64,000 nt of DNA from Sphagnum compactum. Taxonomy: Eukaryota. Below, piece by piece: positions 12,806 to 24,400 of this stretch. Under the pieces are notes generated by a model, which ran no database searches, was not told the DNA's origin, and saw only the letters and a program-made list of their open reading frames with translations. Each line of letters starts with the position of its first letter. Position 1 is the stretch's first letter. The stretch lies in assembly GCA_965153455.1 (NCBI GenBank), contig OZ234493.1, positions 14,002,213-14,066,212 on the forward strand. Direction: 5' to 3'. Made by a program: the position numbers and the translations under genes.

Positions 12806-14258
12806 ATGGTTAGGGGAAGAAGACTGAGAAAAAGCGGTGGTGGTGAGTTGGAAGTTAATAATCAAAATGTTGCTACGTCAGATGAGGCAATTCTTCTGCC
12901 AAATGTTGCTGTGTCAGATGAGGCAATTCTTCTGCCAAATGTTGCTGCAGGAGATGAGGCAGTTGTTGAGCCACATGTTGCTGCATTAGATGCGGCAATT
13001 GATGAGCAAAATATTGCTACATCAGATGAAGCAATTGGTGACCGAAGTAGTGTTGCATCAGATCAGCCAATTGGTGAGCAAAATGGTGCTCTATCATAAT
13101 TGAAACACAAGGATGACAGTTTGGTATAGATTGTTTTAGAATTTATGGACATTAGATAAAATACAGATTAAAAAAATTGTACAAGTGTCTTTAAGTTTAA
13201 TTATATCTGCACCTTCCATCATTTGTTGGAAGGTGCGGGATTTTTTTTGTCGAAATTTTTCTATTGTAATATCTGAAAACAGTTCATGTTTATAGGAGTA
13301 GTATGTGATTATGTGATTTTATGTTTTGTAATACCTGCATTCTATTTTTTGATCTCTCATTTTTTAGTTTAGGTCCGGAACTTGAATTTGACCAGGCTCC
13401 TCAGCCACTTGCACTTCTTTGTCCACCTAATTTGGCTCGGAAGGACAAAGAATGGACGAAGGTTGGGTCGAAATGGAAGTGCAAAGTTGTCACTTGCACT
13501 ATCGCATATTGTGCCAAATGGTTGTTGACCAAGCATTTGAAGGAGGTGCATGGCTTGGTGGCAGAACAGGCCAAACCTGGGAGGCCTTCAACTTCTGCAG
13601 GAGGTCCTCGACATCAAGACCATGCCAAAATGAATGCTCGCATATTGGGAAATGCAATGGCTATGCAAAGGCGGAATGATCAAATGGTTGCTAATCACGC
13701 TCGTGCCAAAACACAACGCGAGTGGAAAAACCTGGTAGCTGTTGCAAAACAGTGTCCACCATTCCCAAAACCAGCTTTGGTCAAATTAGTTTCAGAGCAA
13801 TTGTTGAAAGTGTTGGGCCTCAATGCTTGGGGCGTGGGCAGTGTGCTTCGAGATGCAACATCACGAATGGAGAAGGATGAAGATTTACAAGGGATGATTT
13901 GATCCACCTGTTGTGTATATGCACGACAATTAAAGACGGCATGGGATGTCAAAAATTGGGATCGAGAGTCTAGTAAAACAAGTCGGACAAAACAGTTGGC
14001 AGATGTTTTGGATTTTCATGAATCTAGAATGATTCATGGAAGGTAAGAAACAATAATAAGCAATGTTTATTATTTTTTTATTGCATTTCATCTAAGGTGT
14101 GTTAGGGTTTAACTTGGTGGTTTTTGGGTGTTTATAGGGTTTAAGACCAAACACATGAAGAGTTTATTGCAAATGCAGTTCAAGTTGAGATGCAACGTCG
14201 CCATTTTTACACTGCTTGTCATGCAACAAAGGCTGCAAATGCAGCAGTTGCAAGCTAA
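12806..14258 (+). pseudogene. Decayed spliced gene inside the MULE: 12-aa acidic repeats, C2H2 zinc finger, GRP (AT-hook-like) motif, helical C-terminus
   Basis: Coding blocks 12806-13123, ~13368-14042 and 14138-14258, with GT/AG boundaries (14042|GTAAG ... TAG|14138 keeps frame). CKVVTC-x12-HLKEVH at 13480-13551, then KPGRP. In-frame stops TAA 13097, TGA 13900 and TAA 14142 are each one C>T change from CAA/CGA. Confidence 0.7.
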
Positions 14259-14699
14259 ACACGGGATGTAGATACTGATATGGGTTAGGGTTTCACTCTA
14301 TATAGTTTGTTAGGTTTTGTAGCCCTTTTATTTTTTGGACTACCCAATTTTGAATTTTGATCCTTTGATATGTTATAGAGAACCAACGCTTTTTTTATTG
14401 GGTTCTTTAGTAATTTTTCATGCACCCATTTTTGTACATCTTTTATCAATATAATAGTATCTTCTACTCACACTTGTTTTATGGGTATATGGTTAATCAT
14501 ATGTCTTCTTTGTCATAATTTTCGTAGTACTTGAGATGTAAGAATCAAACCAAAGATCAAAATGAACATTATGCAATACTTACATCTAATATAATAGGAC
14601 TCACATCACCTGAAGAGTTTTAAAACAATACACACATTTTAAACATATAATACCTACATCATTTTTTATTATAAATTCCATAAGGAGATTTTCAAATAT

Positions 14700-15005
14700 G
14701 CTACCCGCATATAAGACCTAAAATAGCCGCAAGCATTTTGCATTCATTGCAATACCCGCATATAAGTCCCATAATAGCCGCTGGCATTTTGCATTCCTTG
14801 CAATACCCGCATATGGGCCACAGATAGTTGCTGACATTCTTCATTCGTTGCAATACCCGCATATGGGTCCCACGATATTCACTAGGTTTTTTTAACATTC
14901 CTTGCAATACCCGCATATAGTTTCCATAATAGCCGCTGGTTTTTTTTGGCATCTCTTGCAATACCGCATATAGGTCCCATAATAGTTGCTGGTTTTTTTC
15001 ATTCA
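14700..15005 (-). repeat. ~50-55-bp tandem repeat carrying TTGCAATACCCGCAT (about 6 copies)
   Basis: Motif near 14701, 14747, 14798, 14848, 14902, 14957; it is the reverse complement of the motif in the 79-bp arrays. Confidence 0.85.
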
Positions 15006-15114
15006 TTGCAAAACTTACATTTTGTCATAAAATTAATTCAAAATAATAATTAATTTAGGTATATAAAAAGACATATTTTGGGTACCCAGAGCACTTATTT
15101 GTTATTTTGAAATG

Positions 15115-15395
15115 ACGTTACATGTGGGTATTGCATTTAGGGTTTAGGGTCTTCACATAAGGTTTGCCTTAATCACCTATGGATTATTTCAGTATGAACT
15201 TACATGTAGGTATTGCATCTAGGCCTTGGTCTTCATTCAAAGGCGCACCCAAACTACATATTGGGTATTTCAAAGCGACCTTACATGTGGGTATTACATT
15301 TAAGGTTGCCCTTTCATTGTAGGTTTTACCTTATTCACCTATGGGTTATTTTGAAATGAACTTGAATATGGCTATTGCATTTAGGGTTAAGGTTT
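15115..15395 (+). repeat. Diverged ~80-bp tandem repeat (ATGTGGGTATTGCATTTAGGGT)
   Basis: About 4 diverged copies of the unit seen at 16381-16890. Confidence 0.7.
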
Positions 15396-16380
15396 CGTAT
15401 AATTTTGACCCACTATATGATTATTTTAACCAAGAATTTATTTACTATATATTAGAAAAGTATATAATAAAATTTCAATCAAACATATGATTAATATGTG
15501 GGAGAGATCATTTTTATTATTATGTGAAACATGAAAGAAAAAGTAAAAATTTATGTGCTTTGATTTTTTTTTAAACATAGTTTAAAATTTTATTAAATTA
15601 GTGACTTTATATTTATGTTTATTGAAATCAATATACAACTTTAAAAGGGGGGAAGAAAAAATGAACATCTTTGAAGAAATTTTAAGCTTGAACTTTTTAT
15701 TTTTTGATCTCAACAAACTTTGTATTGCATTTAGGGTTGGGTTTTCACATAAGGTTTGTTTCTTACCTTTGTGTGATAACTCCGACCTAATTTTCCCAAT
15801 CTTTTTGAAGAAAATATAGAATGAGATTGTATTGTTTCACATATGTCTAAACCCAAAAAATTTCCCCCCAATCTAATATAAAATATTTCTGATAATTAAT
15901 GTATTATCAAGAAATTTTGTCATATAATTAAATAATTAATAGACCATTATTTCAGATAATTTAGATGATTAATTATCAAGAATTAGATAATCATTTATTT
16001 ATTTGAAATAATTGACTAATCATTTGGCTTAACTTTATTTACTTGGATAATAAAAAGTTGGATCTAAAAATCAGATTGATTAATTTGATATTTGATTGAT
16101 TAACTTAAGTATATTTTTGTTTTAATAAGTTATTGAAATCACTATTTAAGATAATTATTCCATGTTATAGATTGTAAGTTCAGTTTTTTCATGAAAAATT
16201 CCTACACCAAGAGAAGCTTGATCACAATTGTCATTGTATTATTTGTTCCACAAACAATACAACCTCTTTTCAAATTCATGAAACAAAATAAGAATCATGG
16301 AACTCCTAATCAACAACCCTAACCTCTATACACACCTTTGTTAGCATATTAATTTGAAATTAACTAATTATTTTGGAGTG

Positions 16381-16890
16381 ACCCAAAATGTAGGTATTAC
16401 ATTTAGGGTAGGATCTTCATTTAAAGAAGGCTTAAACCCCACATGCGTATTTTTGGTGTGACCCAAAATGCAGGTATTGCATTTAGGGTAGGATCTTCGT
16501 ATAAAGATGCTTAAACCCCACATGCGTACTTTCGAAATGGCCCAAAATGCAGGTATTGCATTTAGGGTAGGATCTTCGTATAAAGATGCTTAAACCCCAC
16601 ATGCGTATTTTTGGTGTGACCCAAAATGCAGGTATTGCATTTAGGGTAGGATCTTCGTATAAAAATTGCTTAAACCCCACATGCGTACTTTCGAAATGGC
16701 CCAAAATGCAGGTATTGCATTTAGGGTAGGATCTTCGTATAAAGAAGCTTGAACACCACATGCGTACTTTCGAAATGGCCCAAAATGCAGGTATTGCATT
16801 TAGGGTAGGATTTTCATATAAAGAATCTTAAACCCTACATGCGTCCTTTCGGAGTGGCCCAAATTGCAGGTATTGCATTTAGGGTTGGGT
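16381..16890 (+). repeat. 79-bp tandem repeat, about 6.5 near-identical copies, each containing TTTAGGG
   Basis: CCCAAAATGCAGGTATTGCATTTAGGGTAGGATCTTCGTATAAAGATGCTTAAACCCCACATGCGTA... starting at 16382, 16462, 16541, 16620, 16700, ~16779, ~16858. Confidence 0.95.
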
Positions 16891-17944
16891 TATTTCACAG
16901 TGATTTTGCATGTGCATATTGTGTTTAAGGCTAGGTTTTCACTTAAGGGTATCCAAACCATTTAGATGGGTTTTTTTGAAACGTGGGTATTGCATTTAGG
17001 CTTGTTTTTTCCTTTCAACTTGAAATACCCAAACTTATACTTACCTCTACCAACTAGAATTTTGGGGTTTCGTTGCAATACCTACACCCGTACTTACCTT
17101 TACCAATTGGAAATTTGGGGTATTACTTGCATTTGTATTTATTTTTACCAACTGGGATTTTGGGGCCTAATTATAATATCTGCATTTAACACTAATATTA
17201 TCATTATCCTTGTGTTTTTGCATTTCACACTTTTTGTGTTTTTTACTTGGAAACAATGATAAGCTTTGTGCCATATTATACTTCATGTGTGTGTTGAATA
17301 CATGATGTTCAAACAATTTGGGCTATGGTTTCCTCCATACAAAATTGATTCTAAAACAAAATTTTTAATGCCAATGGCAACAATCTTGATTAATAATTGA
17401 GACATTTATTAAGGTAAAATATTGGTTTTGAAATATATGAACCAAATTCCTATACACTAAATCATAAAGCATAACCCTACAAATCCAAATGATATTTTGC
17501 CATAAGCCTTATTACAACCCTAACTATACAAACCCTAACAAAAAAAAGATTTAGTGATATATGCCTTAAACCCAAAAAACTATACAAATCATATAATGCA
17601 AAATAAATAAAATTTAAAAGAACACAGGAAAAAATTTAGAAACCAAAATTCAAAGGTTTTAAATTATAAATATTTATTAACTGAAAGAAAATACGTTAAT
17701 CTTTAAAAATAATCAAATAAATTTCGTACAAAACCAAAAAAAAAGATATGTCTTTTACCTTTGTGTGATTTTTCCAACCTAATTTTTCCACTCTTTTTGA
17801 AGAAGGTATAAAATGCAATTGTATTACTTCACATATGTGTAAACCCTAAAAATTTCCCCCCAAATCTAGCCTACTTTAAATTAATTACTATACATTTATG
17901 AAAAACTTTTCAATTAATTTATGTGTCTCAACCCTAAACCTAAT

Positions 17945-18090
17945 GGTTAAGTTAGTAGGGTATGTAATTAATAGAGTAGCTAGGTTAGTAGGGTAGGTGG
18001 TTAGTACAGTAGCTTGGTTAGTAGGGTAGGTGATTAGTACAGTAGCTAAGTCAGTAGGATAACTAGTTACTAGGTAGTTGTGTCAGTAGG
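17945..18090. repeat. Subterminal short tandem repeats (GGTTAGTAGGGTAGGT / TTAGTACAGTAGCT) near the right TIR
   Basis: Three to four diverged copies visible. Confidence 0.65.
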
Positions 18091-19860
18091 GGATAATAAA
18101 TAAGGTACCAAGGTTGGTGCAATACTTATGAGGGTAGGAAAGTGAGCAGGGTAGCTATGTGTGAGGTCAGGTCCAAGAAAAACAGCCAAGAACACGAAAA
18201 AAAAAAAGAAAAAAAAAAAGTACAGTGGTCAGCAGCAAAAAGAAATGGACTGTGATGAACCCCATCCGGCGCCGAATGAAAAAACGCACGGCATCCAGTG
18301 GACAGAACGACCAAAACTGGTGCATTGGTGGCTGCTGGTTCACTCTGGCCGTCGTGGGCACGAAGTGCTGATCACTAACTGGCATTATATTTATGTATCC
18401 TGCTGCGGGTAATCGATAAAGCCAGGTTTTTAGGCACCTTTGAGCTCAGTCAATCGATCAAGCTGCTAATTCACAGTTGCCAGCGCCAGCTGGGTGACAG
18501 TCACCACCAGGCACCAGTACCTATTACGCTAGCAGAGTTTTGTTCTGGAATTTTTAATGTAGCCTCAGTGGCGATCATCATCTATAGACAGATGTTTCAA
18601 TTGGAAACGGTGATCATCCTTAGGAAGATTTTTGAGAGATTTGGCCATAAACCAGACATGAAGTACAAATCTTTTAATCTCTCACCTATACTTATGGCTA
18701 CATCCTGAAAAACCAAATATATGAATCTAGAGCTTTTTACTCATTTTTCGCTTCAATTCTGACTATTGAAACCCTCTGAAACCACTTCATTATCGATTCT
18801 TTTAATTTTCAATTTCCACTTTCTGACGAAATTTCGCCAATAATTAAAGAAAAGGCTGAACTGTACTACCATCTACCTATCCACCGGCTAGCTATAGAGA
18901 GAGTGAAGGGAGCTGGTAGCTAGGAATTAAGTATTTAGAGTTCAAGGACTAGTTCAACGCATGTAGAACAATTAATTAACTAAGATTCAATGTTGAAGAA
19001 AATAATATCTCTTCAAATCTTCCAAAAGATTTTCTATTATTTCTCACATTATGAAAATGCCTTGTTCTTTGGAAAATTTCAACATTTCTACAGTGAATGT
19101 AGTTGTAGGAGTCAAAGCCACCAAGGTACGTACAACCCTATAAAGAGAATACCAGTAGCAGATGGATCATCAGTGTGAAATTCAGCTTCAATTGCTAGTC
19201 CGATTGATTTCTCTTGAGGAGGTTGTTTGATTCAAGGTTCTTCTCTGATCTTCTCATTTGATTTCCTAGTAGTCAACTTCCTGATTCTCTAGACCCTTGC
19301 ATATTAATTTGAAGCATCTCTAGCGTTGTGTACTTTCCTCAATGCATTGATCTCAGCATTATTGTTTTTATCTAGTCTTGTTCACGCAAAGGATCAGCTT
19401 GCGCCTGAGCTTGAGCTTTGGCTGCAAGATGTCTAAGATGGTTGTTGAAATCGATGTGCAAAACTTAGCTAGGCTAGGGGTTGTGAGATGTTGTGAATCT
19501 GTTCATGCATATGATGCAAGGGAGTCACCATTGTTGTGTATTTGTATATTGACATGAAGGCAGCATTAAGATATGGAGGAAGAGTTGCACTACACTCATA
19601 CCAGACATGCATTAAATTCCAAGCAGAACTAGATCTCTTTATCCCACATCTTCCCCAAGGGACAATATGAGAGTAAACTGTTTTTCATATGTGATTTGTT
19701 AGTGTTGTTTGCAAATACAATCTAGTGAAATTTTCAAGCTGTAAAACGAATTTGGATGCAGTTGTTCATGTTGCGTCCTCATTTGCTTTTGACGTCTGTA
19801 CTTATTAGAGGGTACCCATTTGATGATATATAGGTTGCAAAGACTTGGAGCAACGAAATC

Positions 19861-21483
19861 ATGGCATCGAAAATGTTGTTGGTAGTGTTTTTGTTGGTGG
19901 TGATTTCCATGGTCGAGTGCACAGTGGTGACAACACAAACCTACGAGAAATCTGAGGAATCCCAAGTGATCTCTAGCTTGCCCGATGTGGTAGCAAAACC
20001 ACAAAATCGTAATCAAACCATCCTTGTGCTAAAGGTATTCTAACACCTTACGATAACCTTGTTACAATTATAATATTTCCAGAAGCAATCGTAGGTGATC
20101 ACCTAAATGTATTTATTTTTGAAATGTTGATGGGTCCTCAAAGCCACCCACATGATTACATTCTCAAAATGTATGTGTGATGGCATTTGTGAAGGTTGCA
20201 TGTGAGCTTGTGAATTTGTCATGTGTAGTGGACACCTTCATATTGTGCCTTATTCGGACAATCAGCAGCTACGTGCTTCATAACACCCTACCAAGGACCA
20301 TTTTTTGACATCCAAGATATGAGCACAGCGTCTACGTCAGACCCGATCACTATCTTCGAAAATTGCAACGGTCCTGTGTTCAACCCCAATACGGTACATA
20401 TTTCTAGCACTTGAAGTCTCTTCCACGTAAACAATTCCTTTATGGTATGTTCGAGGATGCATACAAAATTCTTTTAAAGCTTGTCTATTCTGGTATCAAT
20501 CCTTCCCTATCTTAATCTTCTTGAAATTTAGCAACCTTGAACGAAGCAATTAAATGGAATCTCAAAATTTGATCACAACGTTTTCCAAAATTTGTTTCCA
20601 TGAACTTATGTGATGTGTAGAGATTAAAATGTTTGACAGTTCTACGGAACTTGACTCATGGGAGAAGGGTGTTTGGGGGGGGGGGGCTTTGTGTTGCATG
20701 TAATTGTTAGTTGACGACGTCAATTCTTGATTACATGCATGTTTACTGGCCCTCATTAACAAACGCGAATGGCAACATTACACAAAGCAACCTTGACAAT
20801 TGGAGCGCAGTTTGGGCGACAGTAGGAACTTGCACCGGCTTAAGTCAAAGAGAATATTTCAACGCCATTGTTAAGATCTATCGAAAGTACGAATTCGAAG
20901 TTGCTCTAAATGCTGCAGGTACGCACAATAATGTTGTCATTTACTTGCACCAAATTTAAAAGATCAAATATATTGCTATAAGTGAAGCATGAAGTCTCAT
21001 CACAATTCAAGTCTTATATTAATTAATTCCAATAGCTTGTACATCTTTCCTACAACTTCCCATTCATATTCTAGACTTTGTAAAATCAAATAATCGATCA
21101 TGATTTTAGTTCGCACATGTGTCCATTCATGCACGAATGCACGAATTTGAAGCTGCATATCTCTAAGAGATGTATAATGTGTGTTATGGGCATTCATAGG
21201 TATTGTCCCCGACAATGAAAAACTCTACAATGTGGACGACATTGTGAAGGCGTTGTCGTCACATGTTGGTCACCGTGTACGCGTGTATTGCAACGCCATC
21301 CCTACAACTCAAGGTGGATTTTTGTTCAGTGAAGTCTTCGTGGGTTATTCCATAAGAGAGAGGAAGGTGGTTGATTGTGAGAATGTGGGCCCCTTTGAAT
21401 GCCCTGCAGGTACACAAGTCTTGTTTCCACCTCCACCTTGCCCTAATAATGTAGCCCTTGAAGTAGGACGTTCCAAAGCTTAA
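19861..21483 (+). CDS. Secreted RNase T2 family (class I S-like) protein, predicted catalytically inactive; 4 exons, 276 aa
   Basis: Exons 19861-20034, 20229-20393, 20711-20918, 21200-21483 join in frame at GT/AG sites (831 nt). Hydrophobic signal peptide. T2 hallmarks LVLK|WTPSYC, YWPSL, W...W...GTC, YF, AGIVPD, C-terminal FPP. Confidence 0.9.
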
Positions 21484-24400
21484 GTATCCATTGAACAACA
21501 AAAAGTTGGATGGTCCAGTAATCTCAAATGAACCAAGAAACAACAAATCCATGGTCCAAGAATTTGTGCACACGGAGAAAAAGGCCAAAAAAAGTTTCTT
21601 GAGAATAATAGTACGACATTTGACATAGCCAGACTTAGTAGTGTACAAGGATTGGTATGATGAGAATTTACACAAGATCATATGCAACTTTGGATTTTAT
21701 GGTGTCATTTGAATGGCTACTTTGGGTTCTTTGATGTCATGTAATTGGTTACTTTGGGTTTTTAAATGGCTCTTGTGTGGCTACTTTGGATTTTATATTA
21801 TCATTCAATTGGCTATAGATTTCAAGAGTTTTGGTAAAGTTTGGTCTATAGGAGTCTACCTATACTTACATGAACAAGATTTCTCACATGACTATTTTTA
21901 CACAATCCATCTTGAGTAATCCAACTTGCAACTAGCTTATAAGTGAAGGCCTAGGGGCTAGGGTCTTGATTCTCATATATTGTCCTTGTGGCAACAATCT
22001 CAATAACCAAAACAACAAAAGAAAATGCAAAACACACATAAAAAAAATTGAACCCCAACCCTATTGGAGTTTGCATTTTGGAATGGGTGTGTGTCTACAC
22101 CCACAAGCCATGCCAACCATTCATCACAATCCCTTTTATAAGTTCCACCAATAGGTGAAATTATGTTGGAAAACATGTGTGGACCTAAAAGTTGTGGATG
22201 GATCATAATAGAAACTAACATATCGCATTTTACTAGACACAAAATTATACGGCTATGCAAGGCTTGTTTATCGATGGAAGCTCACATGACAATCCTTGAA
22301 CAACAATATTCCACATCCATCAAGTGATTTAGATTATCAACAACCATCTTAATCAACAATGTGTGATATGCTTCAATTGTGCTCTTTTGGTTGGACCAAG
22401 CATATTGATCCATTTAGTGTGCAAATTCTTTAATATCAAGTCTTCCCTTTTCTCTCTAGATTAATTTTGCCTACTTTTGGAACTTTGTACCATTTAGTAT
22501 AGACATTAATTTAAACACATGTGAAATTTTAATAGATTAATTTCCATTATGAAAGAAGGTAAAGAACAATTAACAACAATTGTTGGTTGTGCAAAAAATG
22601 ATTCAAGATTGAAACTATTGTCGTTTTGCACATCTTCAACACGTTCAAATTTCAAATTGAATTGAAATAAGTTGTATCTAAATTATGTTATAATGATTTG
22701 ATAACAAGTTGGGAAGCAACCTATTCAAATTGTATGAAAATTCTATGAAAAGAAAATTTTTGTATAATGTTTTTAAGAACAAGCTAGGTGCAAGAATGAA
22801 TGGACCAATTTTTGGACTATTTGACAAATTTTGAAAATTGATTATCATTACATAATGACCATAATTGATAAATAAAGTTGGATTATTTTTTACAAGGACT
22901 TTGTTTAAAGATACCAATTGGAATTTTTATTTGTTGTATTTTTTATATTTTCATAATTAGGAAAACAACAAGATATGAACTTTCAAAGTTGAAATTATGA
23001 ATTATGAACATGACAATAAATTTTTATATGGACTTTAAAATAGTTCAATGACTTTATGATGTGTGTGTTAGGGACTTGATTTTGGTTAAATAAAATATTA
23101 AAAAGTAAGTTTTAAAGTTTTGCATGATGATTTTTGTAGGATTATGCTTATGGGATTTACAAGCTAAAAACTGGGAGTTTCCTAGGGGTCTGTAGAAAAG
23201 TTTTAAAAGAGGTTTTTGGGTTATTCATGCATCAATGAAAAATCCTTGTACTTAACTTTAATCCATAAGAAAAATTATTTTTTGGACTAAAAAGGTGGTA
23301 ATTTCTAGCTTCACTTTGGTCCAGTCAATTTTGTAGCCTATACCCACCCAACAACATGTTGGATGATTAGGTGAAATATGAAAATATTTTGAACATTGAT
23401 AGTTTATTGATAATGTCAACATAAACCTAATCAAGGTGTGCATATATTTAATGGTATGTATTTCCTAACACTAGTGGTTGAAGGGATAAATCTATTTGAA
23501 ATGTTTGTTCATTTGAAATACATACATTACACCAAAATGGGTCCTTTTACAACTACATATACAACTAAGTTTATAGCCATAGGACAAACCCACTTGCATA
23601 GGACATCTAGTTGTTTGTGTCCTAGTTGTAAACATACATATGACTATGTTTTGTGACTACATAATCATGAAGAATATATATATATATATATATAATATGA
23701 TCTTTATATTATATATTTGTGTATATAATTTAATGTAATAATCTATAATCGTAATATAAATATTGAATTTGGGTAGTGGGAAAAGACAATTGTTTTTTTT
23801 GGTGTGAATAGTTGTCAATTGTTGGTAGAAGGTGTCCATTGATTAGCCTCCATTCGTTTGATTGTGGAAACATGTGTAGTCTCTTCATGGTGATGCCATG
23901 ACCTACTTGTTACTTAGTAGAAAATGTATGAGTGATTCTTGGAGAGCTAAACCAAGGTGGAAAATTAAACTCTTGACCCTTTGCATGTATTTGGGCTAGA
24001 AACATAGTTACCAAAGCTTTGGAAGCAAGATCGGGGGAGGGGGATTATTGTCCACCATGTACTTGCACCCCCTAATTCTATATTGCCTACCTATTGTGTA
24101 TTGAAAATGTGCATTTACATTTGATTGCTAGGATCTTAAATGTGTGTGATTGCCCTTTTTGTTAGCAATGGAATGTTCATGATAAAGTGTCCTATGGAAC
24201 AAAATAGATATTGATTGCAAGTTTCTTGAAGGAAACACTGGAACAACATATTGGAAAATTTAGTTCGTCAAAATGGAGCCATTCTTGCACATAGAGAAGT
24301 CAATCCATGTGTATTTGTAAAGCAATAGGTAATGAAATCCCTCCATTATCTTTCTTTGAATTTCATTTTATGTCTATTCTTATTCTTTATATTCACCGTA

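Larger units (their letters stand above)
11425..18350. mobile_element. Non-autonomous Mutator-like (MULE) DNA transposon, 6926 bp, 36-bp TIRs, 9-bp TSD GTCGTGGGC
   Basis: Left TIR 11425-11460 GGCTGGAGTGAACCAGCAGCCACCAATGCACCAGTT. Right TIR 18315-18350 reads in reverse complement GGCCAGAGTGAACCAGCAGCCACCAATGCACCAGTT (2 mismatches). Identical flanking 9-mers at 11416-11424 and 18351-18359. A 9-bp TSD with G-starting TIRs is typical of MULEs. Confidence 0.9.

Noticed and set aside
14701-15006. 101-aa ORF with ICGYC repeats resembling a zinc finger
   Set aside because: Translation of the ~52-bp tandem repeat; the Cys pattern comes from the DNA motif
16483-16761. 92-aa ORF with internal repeat
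   Set aside because: Translation of the 79-bp satellite
19139-19833. TATA box and 5'-UTR intron for the RNase-like gene
   Set aside because: Plausible (TATAAA 19139, acceptor near 19833), but such motifs are common in AT-rich DNA and there is no transcript evidence
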